The translations under genes and the position numbers were made by a program. Of a stretch of DNA of 64,000 bases, positions 45,987 through 55,671 are shown one piece after another. The DNA lies in contig CAYLJX010000003.1 in NCBI GenBank assembly GCA_964384235.1, positions 8,389-72,388 of the forward strand, given 5' to 3'. The stretch comes from an uncultured Bdellovibrionales bacterium. GTDB taxonomy: Bacteria > Patescibacteriota > Minisyncoccia > Moranbacterales > UBA1568. The first letter of the stretch is position 1. Each line of letters begins with the position of its first letter. The notes under the pieces are model-generated. The model saw nothing but the letters and a program-made list of their open reading frames with translations. It made no database searches and had not been told where the DNA came from.

Positions 45987-46994
45987 CTATTTCCCGATGA
46001 GCTCCGCCATCTCGACGAGGCGGTTCGAATAGCCCCACTCGTTATCATACCATGCCACGACTTTCACTAGGTCGCCATCGATCACCTTGGTAAGCGACAG
46101 ATCGACGATACTCGAGTACGGATTGCCGATGAAGTCCGACGAGACAAGCGGCTCTTCGGTGACCGCGAGCACCTTGCGGAAACGCTCCTCCCTGGCCGCG
46201 TCCTTGAGCGCCTGATTGATCTCTTCCTTGGTCGTTTTCTTTTTCAGGAGAAAGGTGAAGTCCGTGAGCGACACGACGATGGTCGGCACGCGTACGGAGA
46301 GACCGTCAAAGAGGCCCTGGAGTTCCGGCATGACCTGCGTCACGGCGATCGCCGCACCAGTCGTGGTCGGGACGATGTTCTCCGCCGCCGCCCGGGCCCG
46401 CCGCAAGTCCTTGTGCGGACCGTCCTGCAGGTTCTGGTCGGCCGTGTAGGAATGGATCGTCGTCATGAGCGCCTTCGCGATGCCGAACTTCTCTTCCAGT
46501 ACCTTGGCTACGGGAGCGAGGGAATTGGTCGTACAGGAAGCGTTGGAGAGCACCGTTTCCGCGCCGTACGTCTCTTCGTTCACGCCGATGAGGAACGTCG
46601 GGACCGCCCCGTCGTCACCCTTGGAAGGCGCCGAAAGGATGACTTTCTTGGCACCCGCCTCGAGATGCTGCGAGGAGCCTTCCTTGTCCGTGAAACGTCC
46701 CGTGCATTCCAAAACGACATCGACGCCAAGTTCGCCCCAGGGCAGTTTCTTGGGATCCGGTTCGGCGAGCACAGGAAACGACCGGCCGTCGACCACGAGC
46801 TTCCCCGCTTCGGCACTCACGTCCTTGCGGTAGTGCCCGTAGGCCGTATCGTACTTGAGAAGATGCGCGAGAATCGGAGCCTCGGTCAGGTCGTTGATCG
46901 CCACGATCTCCAGATCCTTCTTCTCAGAAGCGATCTTGAACGCGGCCCGCCCGATCCGTCCGAAACCGTTGATCGCGATTTTTGTCTTATGCAT
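45987..46994 (-). CDS. gap: Glyceraldehyde-3-phosphate dehydrogenase, type I
   Basis: INGFGRIGR, SNASCTTN, WYDNEWGYS. Confidence 0.97.
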   Translation of the reverse strand: MHKTKIAINGFGRIGRAAFKIASEKKDLEIVAINDLTEAPILAHLLKYDTAYGHYRKDVSAEAGKLVVDGRSFPVLAEPDPKKLPWGELGVDVVLECTGRFTDKEGSSQHLEAGAKKVILSAPSKGDDGAVPTFLIGVNEETYGAETVLSNASCTTNSLAPVAKVLEEKFGIAKALMTTIHSYTADQNLQDGPHKDLRRARAAAENIVPTTTGAAIAVTQVMPELQGLFDGLSVRVPTIVVSLTDFTFLLKKKTTKEEINQALKDAAREERFRKVLAVTEEPLVSSDFIGNPYSSIVDLSLTKVIDGDLVKVVAWYDNEWGYSNRLVEMAELIGK

Positions 46995-47026
46995 ATATAC
47001 TTACCTCTATTTTTAATAAAAGTTTA

Positions 47027-47232
47027 CAGGACTTGAATGTTTGAGTACAGTTCGAGGCGCAAGTGAGGAGCAAAGTAACGGGTCTTACAGACCCGATTTT
47101 ACCAGCACTCGCTCGAAAACGAAAGTAATTTTCGTTTTACTCGCTTCGTTTGGTAATAAGCCGTACTGATGCAAGTACGGCGTCGAGCACCGGAGCTTGC
47201 AACAAAGAAATGTGCCAAACAGGCAAGTCCTG
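47027..47232. repeat. Palindromic element family A, copy 4, with nested family B insert (47079-47159)
   Basis: caggacttg...caagtcctg termini; right half nearly identical to the reverse complement of copy 2. Confidence 0.85.
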
Positions 47233-47233
47233 C

Positions 47234-48091
47234 CTACACTCTGTTGGCGCTGCCGAACGCATACATTTTGGCTTTCACTGCCTCTTTGGCACTTTCCTTG
47301 GCCATACCCATCACCTTGCGCACATCCGTCTCTTCTTCCGATTGCAGTGCCCGTTTCAGTCCTCCGATGAACGAGAGCCGGAGTGCCGTATCGACGTTGA
47401 AACAGCTGATTCCGCGCTCGATGACCTGCGCCACCCGTCCGTTGTTCCAATCGGAAGCGCCATGGAGCACCAGAGGACAGGAGACCCGCTTCGCGACCTC
47501 CGTGAGACGGTCGTAATCAGGCTCGCTTCGTTCCTGGAAAAACCCGTGCGCGTTGCCGATGGCGACCGCGAGCGTATCGAGACCGGTCTCGCGGACGAAT
47601 TCCTCCGCCTGGGCCGGGTCCGTCATGTACTGGTCCCAGTCGATCGTGTCCATCTGCATCTCACCGAGATACGGGACGCTCCCGAGCTCCGCCTGCACGA
47701 CGATGCCGCGCATATGGGCCAGAGTGACGATCTTCTTGGTCGTCATGAGGTTGTCGGCATATTCCTTGCGCGAGCCGTCGTACATCACCGACGTGAACCC
47801 GATCTCCATGGCCCGCTCCACCACCTCGAAACTCTTCCCATGGTCGAGATGGATGCCGATCGGGATATCCTTGGCGTAGAATTCCGCGATGTTTTTGATC
47901 AGATGAAAGATCGCCCGGCCTCCCGCGAAATCGAACGTCTTCTCCGTCACCTGGACGATGACCGGGGAACGCAGTTCCTTGGCGGCCTCGATGATGGCTC
48001 GTGTCGTTTCCAGGTTCACGGTATTGAAAGCCCCGACGGCGTATCCCTCGCTCCTCGCCTTCTCCAGCATTTCCTTCACGTTGGTCAACAT
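47234..48091 (-). CDS. fba: Fructose-bisphosphate aldolase class II
   Basis: GAFN, IHLDHG, SVMYDGS, AIGNAHG, LVLHGAS. Confidence 0.95.
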   Translation of the reverse strand: MLTNVKEMLEKARSEGYAVGAFNTVNLETTRAIIEAAKELRSPVIVQVTEKTFDFAGGRAIFHLIKNIAEFYAKDIPIGIHLDHGKSFEVVERAMEIGFTSVMYDGSRKEYADNLMTTKKIVTLAHMRGIVVQAELGSVPYLGEMQMDTIDWDQYMTDPAQAEEFVRETGLDTLAVAIGNAHGFFQERSEPDYDRLTEVAKRVSCPLVLHGASDWNNGRVAQVIERGISCFNVDTALRLSFIGGLKRALQSEEETDVRKVMGMAKESAKEAVKAKMYAFGSANRV

Positions 48092-48102
48092 ACGCTTCTC
48101 TC

Positions 48103-48891
48103 TTATGGGTTATCTTCCTCCCGACGAACCTCCTCCTCGAACATCTGTGCCATCTTGACGAGCTCGTACGGGAAGAGACTCTCTCTCCCGACGAGTACCC
48201 CGTCCATCTCCGCCTCCCACGACACCGCTGGAAGAAGCGCCGCTTTCACGGATCCTCCATAGAGAACCTTCACCCGCTTCGCCACGTGCTCATCGAACAT
48301 TTCCGTGAGGAGTTTCCGGAGAAACACCCGGACCTGAAGGATCTCTGCGGTCGTCGGAAGCGTATCGGTCCCGATCGCCCAGCGCGGTTCATAGGCAAGC
48401 ATCACCTTTTCGGCCTGAAGCTTGGAAAGGCCCTCGAAAACCGCTTTGACCTGCTGTGTCAGCACCTTGTCGATCCGTTCACGTCTGCGTTCCTCGGCGG
48501 TTTCCCCGATACAGACGATCGGAACGAGCATGTGTTTGAGCGCCAGGCGCGCCTTGGCGGCGACGATCTCATCCGTATCCCCGCCATAGAGGCGGCGTTC
48601 GCTGTGACCCACGAGCACGTATTCCACTCCTTCGTTCTTGAGCACGAGGGGCGATACCTGGCCGGTATAGGCGCCACCCTTCTCCCAGAACGTATCCTGA
48701 GCTCCCTTCTTCACGCTGCCCGGCAGATGGTCGAACAGCGAAAGATACGGGAACGGCGGACAGACGACGAACGTCACGGCCTGCAGATGCTTCCCTTGCG
48801 TTTCACGACGAAGAATGGAAAGATACTGGTTCGTCTCTTCCCGGGAAGTCAGGTTCATCTTGAGGTTTCCCACTACGAAAAAATTCCGCAT
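48103..48891 (-). CDS. tpiA: Triosephosphate isomerase
   Basis: GNLKMN, GAYTG, VGHSERR, AYEPRWAIGT, LYGGSV. Confidence 0.94.
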   Translation of the reverse strand: MRNFFVVGNLKMNLTSREETNQYLSILRRETQGKHLQAVTFVVCPPFPYLSLFDHLPGSVKKGAQDTFWEKGGAYTGQVSPLVLKNEGVEYVLVGHSERRLYGGDTDEIVAAKARLALKHMLVPIVCIGETAEERRRERIDKVLTQQVKAVFEGLSKLQAEKVMLAYEPRWAIGTDTLPTTAEILQVRVFLRKLLTEMFDEHVAKRVKVLYGGSVKAALLPAVSWEAEMDGVLVGRESLFPYELVKMAQMFEEEVRREEDNP

Positions 48892-48910
48892 ATCAGAGAG
48901 ACAATCTTCC

Positions 48911-49942
48911 TTATTGTTCGAGCTTCGATCGCAGGTATTCGGCCGCCACTTCCGGCTGGATGGTCGAGATCTCGATACCGGTGGAAAGTTCAAACCCGGC
49001 CCAGGTCGCCGTATGGGGCAAGATCTCGATATGCCACTGGTAGTGCGGATAGTCCCGCCCGTCGCAGGGAGCCGTATGGATATAGAAATTGTAGGGCGGA
49101 TCGTTCAGTCCGCGGTTGATCGAGAGGAGAGCCTGTTGCAGCGCTTCGGCGGCGGAAAATTTCTCCTCGTCGGTGATGCGCTCGAAATACGGGTTGTGCC
49201 GCTTGCCGAGGATCCACACCTCGAAGGCCGCCCGCGACGCGAACGGACAGAAGGCGATGAAGTGATCGTTCTCGAAGATGATCCGCTTCTTCGCTTCCGT
49301 CTCGTACTCCGCCATGACGGTGTAGACGTTATGACGGTTGCGACGATAGTACTGTTCCGCGCCCCGAAGTTCCAGTTCGATATACGGGGAGACGACCGGA
49401 ATCGCCATGAGCTGCGAGTGCGGGTGCGGCAGAGACGCTCCGGCTTCCTTGCCGTGATTGTGGAATACCTGGATGTAGTTGACGCTCTTCTTGTTCATGA
49501 GCGCCAGGTAACGCTCCTGGTACGCATCGAGCACCTCCGCCACCTGCCACGTCTCGAGGTGCGCGAGGGAGCGTCTCGCATCGCGCGTCACCACCACCTC
49601 ATGGTACCCCGTGCCGTTCATCGCGAAGTACGGACCTTCGGAGAGCTGCTTTGCGACCTTGCCGCGGGAAAAGGCCGGATACTTGTTGGGAAAGACACGC
49701 AGGCTCCAATCTCCGTCGTCCCTGCGGTAGATGAGCACGTCCTTCTCCTGTCCGCTTGCTTCCGGATCCTCGAACGGGTCACCGGAAAGATCCGACTGGA
49801 TACGCTCTCCCTGCACGAACTCATCCGGACGCTTGGCCCGGCCGGTCGCGATGACGACCCAGTCTCCGGTCACGATATCCTGACGAAGTTCCGATTCGTA
49901 TCCCGCCGCAGGTTTGGTTTTTTCGATCTGATTGCCGGACAT
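48911..49942 (-). CDS. galT: Galactose-1-phosphate uridylyltransferase
   Basis: ELRQD..TGDWV, NKYPAF, AGASLPHPHSQ, AGFELSTG. Confidence 0.92.
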   Translation of the reverse strand: MSGNQIEKTKPAAGYESELRQDIVTGDWVVIATGRAKRPDEFVQGERIQSDLSGDPFEDPEASGQEKDVLIYRRDDGDWSLRVFPNKYPAFSRGKVAKQLSEGPYFAMNGTGYHEVVVTRDARRSLAHLETWQVAEVLDAYQERYLALMNKKSVNYIQVFHNHGKEAGASLPHPHSQLMAIPVVSPYIELELRGAEQYYRRNRHNVYTVMAEYETEAKKRIIFENDHFIAFCPFASRAAFEVWILGKRHNPYFERITDEEKFSAAEALQQALLSINRGLNDPPYNFYIHTAPCDGRDYPHYQWHIEILPHTATWAGFELSTGIEISTIQPEVAAEYLRSKLEQ

Positions 49943-49981
49943 GTTTTTGTCTTCAGTTTTCTTTTTTCCCGAGAGTCCCTC

Positions 49982-50752
49982 TCAGGCGACCGCTTTTTTC
50001 CTCGCGTACTCACCGATACGATAGGCACCCGAGATGAGCCGTCCTTTCGTCTTGAACAGGTCGATGAGCACCTGGATGAAGCCATTCGGACCGGTGAGAC
50101 TCACCGTCGATCCCTCCTCGTTCATCCAGCGTACCGGCATCTGCTTGATCTTGAAGCCGAGCTTGTGCGCAAGGATGATGAGCTCGAAGTCGAAGCCGAA
50201 GCGGTCCACCACCATGCGGCTCGCCACTTCCTTGGCCGCTTCCGCCGAGAGCATCTTGAATCCGCACTGGGTATCCGGATAGCTCCACAGTCCCAGGACG
50301 ATACGGATGAGCCAGTTGCCGCCCTCACCCATGATCTCACGATGTTTCGGCTGGTGCACCTGAATGAAGGATCCTTCGATCTTGCGCGAACCGATGACGA
50401 CGTCATACCCGGCCTCGAACTGCGGGAGGAAAGTGTCGAGATGCGTGATGGAGGTAGAGCCGTCGGCGTCGAGAAAGACCCGACATTTCCCCGTCGCTTC
50501 CAAGAGTCCCTGGCGGACGACGTAGCCCTTGCCGTGGTTCTCGGGATTGTCGATGACGCGGAGGTTCGGTACCTGGAGTGAATAGTTCCTCGCCACTTCC
50601 GCCGTGTTGTCCGGAGAACCGTCCACGACGACCACGATCTCGTAGGTATACCGCTTGTCCTTCAGGTATTTGTCTATTTCCAACAGATTACGCCCGATAC
50701 GCTCCCCTTCCTTGTAGGCGGGAATGATGACGGAAAGAAACGGTTGTTCCAT
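49982..50752 (-). CDS. Polyprenol-phosphate glycosyltransferase (GT2, dolichyl-phosphate beta-glucosyltransferase-like)
   Basis: SVIIPAY.E, NHGKG, FLDADGS, DTQCGFK, FGFDFE. Confidence 0.9.
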   Translation of the reverse strand: MEQPFLSVIIPAYKEGERIGRNLLEIDKYLKDKRYTYEIVVVVDGSPDNTAEVARNYSLQVPNLRVIDNPENHGKGYVVRQGLLEATGKCRVFLDADGSTSITHLDTFLPQFEAGYDVVIGSRKIEGSFIQVHQPKHREIMGEGGNWLIRIVLGLWSYPDTQCGFKMLSAEAAKEVASRMVVDRFGFDFELIILAHKLGFKIKQMPVRWMNEEGSTVSLTGPNGFIQVLIDLFKTKGRLISGAYRIGEYARKKAVA

Positions 50753-50821
50753 ATATCAAAAAAGAGGACTTGAATCCCGGATTATGCAGCTTCATTGTAC
50801 CACAAAAGAAAAAAAGAGGCA

Positions 50822-51250
50822 TCAGGCCTCTTTCTCGTTTCTCCGTGTATCCAACCATTCCTGAAGGATGATGCGGGCCGCCTCCTCGTCGTCATGTTTG
50901 GATACCTGCTTCGTACCCCGTTCGATCAAATTGGCCTGGGCCATCTTGGTCGTGAACATCTCGTCCTGATAGGCGATTTCCAGAAAAGGAAAACGTTCTT
51001 TCAGGGACTTGCCGAGCTTTTCTCCGGAATATTCCGCTGTCTCGTGATTGATATAAGAAGGAATACCGATCACGACCGTACCGATACTTTCTTTCAAAAA
51101 GATCTTTCCCAAAGACTCCAGAAGCTTCCCGTCATTTGCAAGCGTCGCGTACGCCAAGGCGACCCGCGTCTCGTGATCCGCCACCGCCACGCCGACATCC
51201 GTCGCTCCCCAGTCGATACCCATATAGTTTTTCTGACCTTCCTTTTCCAT
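50822..51250 (-). CDS. ruvX: Holliday junction resolvase-like RuvX/YqgF
   Basis: MGIDWG...GVAVAD, VIGIP, DEMFTT, DEEAARIILQ. Confidence 0.9.
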   Translation of the reverse strand: MEKEGQKNYMGIDWGATDVGVAVADHETRVALAYATLANDGKLLESLGKIFLKESIGTVVIGIPSYINHETAEYSGEKLGKSLKERFPFLEIAYQDEMFTTKMAQANLIERGTKQVSKHDDEEAARIILQEWLDTRRNEKEA

Positions 51251-51291
51251 GACTTTCGCCTTCTTTCAAGGTTTTGAGAAATTACAAAAAC

Positions 51292-51375
51292 GTATCATGT
51301 ATCAAGTATTACGTATTATGTATAAAAGCAAATCATTCCCCATACATAATACATGATACGCAATACACAATACTC
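51292..51375. repeat. Inverted heptamer microrepeat pair (GTATnnn / nnnATAC)
   Basis: gtatcatgtatcaagtattacgtattatgtat ... atacataatacatgatacgcaatacacaatac. Confidence 0.75.
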
Positions 51376-51376
51376 C

Positions 51377-52144
51377 CTATCTTGTCACGACTTCCGCTCC
51401 TGTCTCAGTGATGACCACCGTGTCCTCGAAGTGTGCCGAAAGCGACCCGTCCGCCGTGACGAACGTCCAGCCGTCGGAGGCGATCCGCACCGGGAAACCG
51501 CCTGCATTGACCATCGGCTCGAGTGCGAGTGTCATGCCGGCCTCGAGGAAAAAATCGTGCATGCCGCGCGAGACATAGTTCGGCACCTGTGGCTCCTCAT
51601 GGAGCTCACGCCCCACGCCGTGTCCCACCAGGTCGCGCACCACCGAACAACCGTTCGCCTCGACGAATGACTGTACGGCCTGCGCATAGACGGAGATCCG
51701 TGCCCCGGGCTTCAGTTCGGCGATGCCCCGATCGAGACTCTCTTGTGTCACATCCAAAAGATGTTTGGCTTCGGCGGAAATATTTCCTACCGGAACCGTC
51801 CGCGCCATGTCAGTCACCATTCCCTCATAACGCAGACCGATATCGAGCTTCAAAAGGTCACCGTCATGCAGTACCCGGTCCCTCTTCGGAATGCCGTGCA
51901 CCACCTCGTCATTGAGCGACACGCACAAAGAAGCCGGAAACGGTGTTCCCGACTCTTTGCCATATCCCTTGAAAATAGGAGTCCCTCCTTCTTCACGGAT
52001 CAACCGTTCGGCGAGCGTATCGATCTCCTCCGTCGTCATTCCCGGCCGGACGCTTCGTATCACCGTATCGAGCACGCGAGCGAGGCGCTTGCCTGACTCG
52101 CGCAGTCGCCTCACCTCATCGTCGGTTTTGATCCACTGTTTCAT
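51377..52144 (-). CDS. map: Methionine aminopeptidase type I
   Basis: CVSLNDEVVHGIP, GHGVG..LHEEP, ALEPM, SAHFEDTV. Confidence 0.96.
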   Translation of the reverse strand: MKQWIKTDDEVRRLRESGKRLARVLDTVIRSVRPGMTTEEIDTLAERLIREEGGTPIFKGYGKESGTPFPASLCVSLNDEVVHGIPKRDRVLHDGDLLKLDIGLRYEGMVTDMARTVPVGNISAEAKHLLDVTQESLDRGIAELKPGARISVYAQAVQSFVEANGCSVVRDLVGHGVGRELHEEPQVPNYVSRGMHDFFLEAGMTLALEPMVNAGGFPVRIASDGWTFVTADGSLSAHFEDTVVITETGAEVVTR

Positions 52145-52151
52145 ACGAATT

Positions 52152-52820
52152 TCAGGAAATCTCGTTTTTCCCGATACCCTCGAGAATGGTCTGAAAGATC
52201 TTCTCCGGAGTCTGCTCACCGCGCACCCAGAGAAGCCTGCCTCGCTTGGCGAAGTACTCGATGACCGGACGCGTCTCGTCATGGAATATCTGGTACCGTC
52301 GCTCTATGCCTTCCTCCGTATCATCGTCGCGCTGCACCAGTTTGCCGCCACAGACCGTACAAGGGGTCTCTGAATTTTCGATGTCCGTCCCCACCACGAA
52401 CTTCTTGCCGCACTGCGAACAGGAAAAACGTCTCGAAATGCGATCGATAGAGACCTCTTTGGGCAGGTCGATATAGATGACCCGTTCCACTTCGCGCCCG
52501 TGCTCGCGGAAGGCCGAGAGGACTTCTTCGATCTGGGTTTCCCGGCGGGGCGCCCCGTCGAGGATGATACCCTGATCGTCAGGCACTCCGGCAAAGGCGA
52601 GGCGAAGCACTTCCTGGATGATCTCATCGGAAACGAGTTCGTGCCGGACATCCATGGTTTCCTTTACCTCGCGGCCGAGATCCGAGTCATGGCTCGCGAT
52701 CTTACGGAGTTCGGCGCCCATCTCGATACGCGCTTTCTGGAACTGGTCGACGAAAAACTGCGCCTGCGTACTCTTGCCCGATCCCGGCGGCCCAAGAAGG
52801 ATATAGTTCTTTTTGGTCAT
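52152..52820 (-). CDS. adk: Adenylate kinase (Zn-lid)
   Basis: GPPGSGKSTQA, LDGAPR, CSQC...CTVC, QRDDD. Confidence 0.95.
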   Translation of the reverse strand: MTKKNYILLGPPGSGKSTQAQFFVDQFQKARIEMGAELRKIASHDSDLGREVKETMDVRHELVSDEIIQEVLRLAFAGVPDDQGIILDGAPRRETQIEEVLSAFREHGREVERVIYIDLPKEVSIDRISRRFSCSQCGKKFVVGTDIENSETPCTVCGGKLVQRDDDTEEGIERRYQIFHDETRPVIEYFAKRGRLLWVRGEQTPEKIFQTILEGIGKNEIS

Positions 52821-52853
52821 CTAAACAGGATAAAGAATTTAAATTTCAAAAGG

Positions 52854-52976
52854 AAAAACTTTCATGTTTGAGTGCAGTTCTAGGCGTAACCGAGGAACGA
52901 GGTAAGCTGTATTTCCAATACAGTGTCCGAGTCCCGGAGGTTACAACAACGAAATGCACCAAACAGGGAAGTTTTT
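52854..52976. repeat. Palindromic element family A, copy 5
   Basis: aaaaactttcatgtttg...caaacagggaagttttt; abuts secY stop codon. Confidence 0.8.
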
Positions 52977-54246
52977 AGAAGCTCTCGTAGCTTCGCATGG
53001 TCAGCTGGCTCTGAATATGCTTGATCGTCTCGAGCACCACCGAGACGACGATGAGGATAGAGATACCCCCGATGGAAAAGGCCTGGATACCGGTTATCCC
53101 CTGCACGACGAAGGGAAGCACGGCGATCGCCCCGAGAAAGAGCGACCCCGCGAGCGTGATACGGTTGATGATGTGGTAGAGATACTCGGCTGTCGTATGA
53201 CCGGGACGCACCCCCGGGATATATCCCCCTTGCTTCTGGAGGTTCTCCGCGATCTTGACCGGATCGAAGACGACCGCGGTGTAGAAATACGTGAAGAGCA
53301 CGACCAGGACGAAGTAGATCCCGCCATAGACCCACTGGTTCTGCAACCACGCCGAGACCGAGAGGGCGATATCCGCGACGGAAGCGTTCCCGGACTGCGC
53401 CAAGTAGTTCGCGACCATGGTCGGAATGAGGATGAGCGAGACGGCGAAGATGATCGGGATGACACCGGCCTGATTGACCTTGAGCGGCAGATGTGTCGCT
53501 CCGCCGCCAGCCATTCCTGCCCCGCGCACCCGCTTGGCATACGATACCGGAATGGTCCGCTGACCTTCGTTCACGAAGATCACTCCCGCGATCGTCACCG
53601 CCGCCAACAGGGCGAACAGGATATAGGTGAAGACCTGCGACGGATCCCAGGTCGCGAGGAAGCGCGATATGCCGGTCGGCAGGCTGGTCACGATACCGGC
53701 GAAGATGATCATGGAGACGCCGTTCCCGAGACCCTTCTCGGTGATGAGTTCGCCGAGCCACATGAGGAAGATGGTACCGGCCGTGGCCGAAATCACGATC
53801 ACTGCCGTATTGAAAGGCGAAAGGTCGGCAAGAATATTCTGCGAGCGGAGAAGCGAGAGCATACTGAAAGACTGGATCGCCGCCAAAGGTACCGTGAGCC
53901 ACCTCGTCCACATGTTGAACTTCTGCCGTCCCTGCTCTCCTTCTTCCTTGTAGAGCTTTTCGAGGGACGGCACGATCGTCGTCATGAGCTGCATGATGAT
54001 CGAAGCCGTGATGTACGGGGCGACACCGAGAAGCACAATGGAGATATTGGAGAGCCCGCCACCGGAAAAAACGTTGAGGAGTCCGAGGAGCGTACTCTCC
54101 TCGAACAGTCGTTTCAACGCCAAAACATCCACTCCGGGAAGAGGGATGTTGGCGGCGATACGGTAGATCACGAGCACTCCGAGAATGAACAGGATCTTGT
54201 TCCGGAGTTCGGGAACCTTGAAGATATTGAGAAGGGTTGCGTACAT
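52975..54246 (-). CDS. secY: Preprotein translocase SecY
   Basis: LGVAPYITASII, GLGNGVSMIIF, NQAGVIPIIFA, YIPGVRPG. Confidence 0.98.
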   Translation of the reverse strand: MYATLLNIFKVPELRNKILFILGVLVIYRIAANIPLPGVDVLALKRLFEESTLLGLLNVFSGGGLSNISIVLLGVAPYITASIIMQLMTTIVPSLEKLYKEEGEQGRQKFNMWTRWLTVPLAAIQSFSMLSLLRSQNILADLSPFNTAVIVISATAGTIFLMWLGELITEKGLGNGVSMIIFAGIVTSLPTGISRFLATWDPSQVFTYILFALLAAVTIAGVIFVNEGQRTIPVSYAKRVRGAGMAGGGATHLPLKVNQAGVIPIIFAVSLILIPTMVANYLAQSGNASVADIALSVSAWLQNQWVYGGIYFVLVVLFTYFYTAVVFDPVKIAENLQKQGGYIPGVRPGHTTAEYLYHIINRITLAGSLFLGAIAVLPFVVQGITGIQAFSIGGISILIVVSVVLETIKHIQSQLTMRSYESF

Positions 54247-54311
54247 GGGAGAAGTTTTTTGTTTATACCCCTGCCAAAAATACCAAGTACGGAAGCATCA
54301 GGAGTTTCCGT

Positions 54312-54725
54312 CTACTTCTTGAACGCTTCCTTGGCCTTTTCGGAACAAGCGACACTCTCATCGAGACCAAGTTTCTTCTTGAGGGTGCCCGTCGCGACGA
54401 TCTTCGCACCGGCGACGAGCGCCTTCTTCGGAACCACCCGCTTCTCGATCAGGGTGGCGAGCGTCACGGTCTCTCCGTCGGAGAAACGGGCTTCCAACTG
54501 ATCAAGGGTCACGGTGTACTTCTTGGGATGAACGGACTTGAAACCGCGCACCTTCTTGAGACGCTCGGTGAATGTCGAGCGACCACCTTCGAAGAGCGGG
54601 TCCTTCTTCTTGCCGTGCGCACCCTGACCTTTCGTACCGCGACCGGACGTCGTGCCGCGCTTGCCGCCGCGTCCGATGCGCTTGCGCTCCGGCTTCTTGG
54701 TAACTTTGAGCGTGTGGATCTGCAT
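54312..54725 (-). CDS. rplO: 50S ribosomal protein L15
   Basis: RIGRGG.RGTTSGRGTKGQ, FEGG. Confidence 0.96.
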   Translation of the reverse strand: MQIHTLKVTKKPERKRIGRGGKRGTTSGRGTKGQGAHGKKKDPLFEGGRSTFTERLKKVRGFKSVHPKKYTVTLDQLEARFSDGETVTLATLIEKRVVPKKALVAGAKIVATGTLKKKLGLDESVACSEKAKEAFKK

Positions 54726-54760
54726 ACTGATTATAGCAAAATGATGATGTTCTTCGGAAC

Positions 54761-55288
54761 TTACGCCTTCGCTGTCTCGGCCGGCGCTGCTTCTTTCTTT
54801 TCTTTCGGCGGCTTCAGGTCCTCCAGAGCCTTCACGGTCACACGGGCGACATTGAGCGGGTTGGACGCGCCGAGCGATTTCGAAACGATATCCTTGACCC
54901 CCAGGAGATCAACCACGGCACGGACCGCACCGCCGGCGATGATACCCTGACCCTTGGAGGCAGGCTTGAGGAGCACTTTGGCGCTCCCGAGCTTGGCTTT
55001 CACATCGTGAGAGATGGTCGAACCGTCGAGAGTGACCGCAATGAGGTTCTTCTTGGCATCATTGAAAGCCTTCTGGATGGCATCGGACACATCGGATCCC
55101 TTGGCGACACCGACACCGACCTTGCCCTTGCGGTTGCCGATGACGAGCGTGGCACGGAAACGGAACCGGCGACCACCCTTCACGACGCGGGTCACGCGCG
55201 CCAAATTGAGGAGTTTCTGGTCGAACTCCGGTTTCTCGCGTCGCATACCGCCGCGCTTTCCCTGTCTTGGTCCTTGCTTCATTGCCAT
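54761..55288 (-). CDS. rpsE: 30S ribosomal protein S5
   Basis: RVTRVVKGGRRF, GIIAGGAVRAV. Confidence 0.97.
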   Translation of the reverse strand: MAMKQGPRQGKRGGMRREKPEFDQKLLNLARVTRVVKGGRRFRFRATLVIGNRKGKVGVGVAKGSDVSDAIQKAFNDAKKNLIAVTLDGSTISHDVKAKLGSAKVLLKPASKGQGIIAGGAVRAVVDLLGVKDIVSKSLGASNPLNVARVTVKALEDLKPPKEKKEAAPAETAKA

Positions 55289-55310
55289 ACTCCTTCCTTA
55301 AACTAAAGGC

Positions 55311-55667
55311 TTAAAACTTGAGTCCTCCCTCGCGCGCCCCTTCGGCGAGCGCCTTGACTTTCCCGTGATAGCGATAGCCCGAACGGTCGAAGACCGCCTC
55401 GTTCACCCCTGCTTTGACGCACTTCTCGGCGAGAAGCGCTCCGACTTTGGCCGCGCTTTCGACCGTGTGCTTCGCCTTGACGCCGAGATCGGCGAGCTTG
55501 GCGGAACAGAGGGTCTTGCCGGTCACGTCATCGATCGCCTGAACGGAGATGCTCCGGAGGCTGCGGAAAACGGAAAGACGAGGCTTCGTTGCCGTGCCGG
55601 AAATCTTAGCTCGGACGCGGCGCTTGCGCTCGAACCGTTTCGCTTTTCTTGCTGCTTGATTGATCAT
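55311..55667 (-). CDS. rplR: 50S ribosomal protein L18
   Basis: PRLSVFRS, FDRSGYRYHGKVKALA; start moved to MINQ because the ORF-track extension is a microrepeat. Confidence 0.95.
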   Translation of the reverse strand: MINQAARKAKRFERKRRVRAKISGTATKPRLSVFRSLRSISVQAIDDVTGKTLCSAKLADLGVKAKHTVESAAKVGALLAEKCVKAGVNEAVFDRSGYRYHGKVKALAEGAREGGLKF

Positions 55668-55671
55668 AATA

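Noticed and set aside
54726-54760. Absence of rpmD (L30) between rpsE and rplO
   Set aside because: Real, but an established CPR trait; used only as a taxonomic clue.
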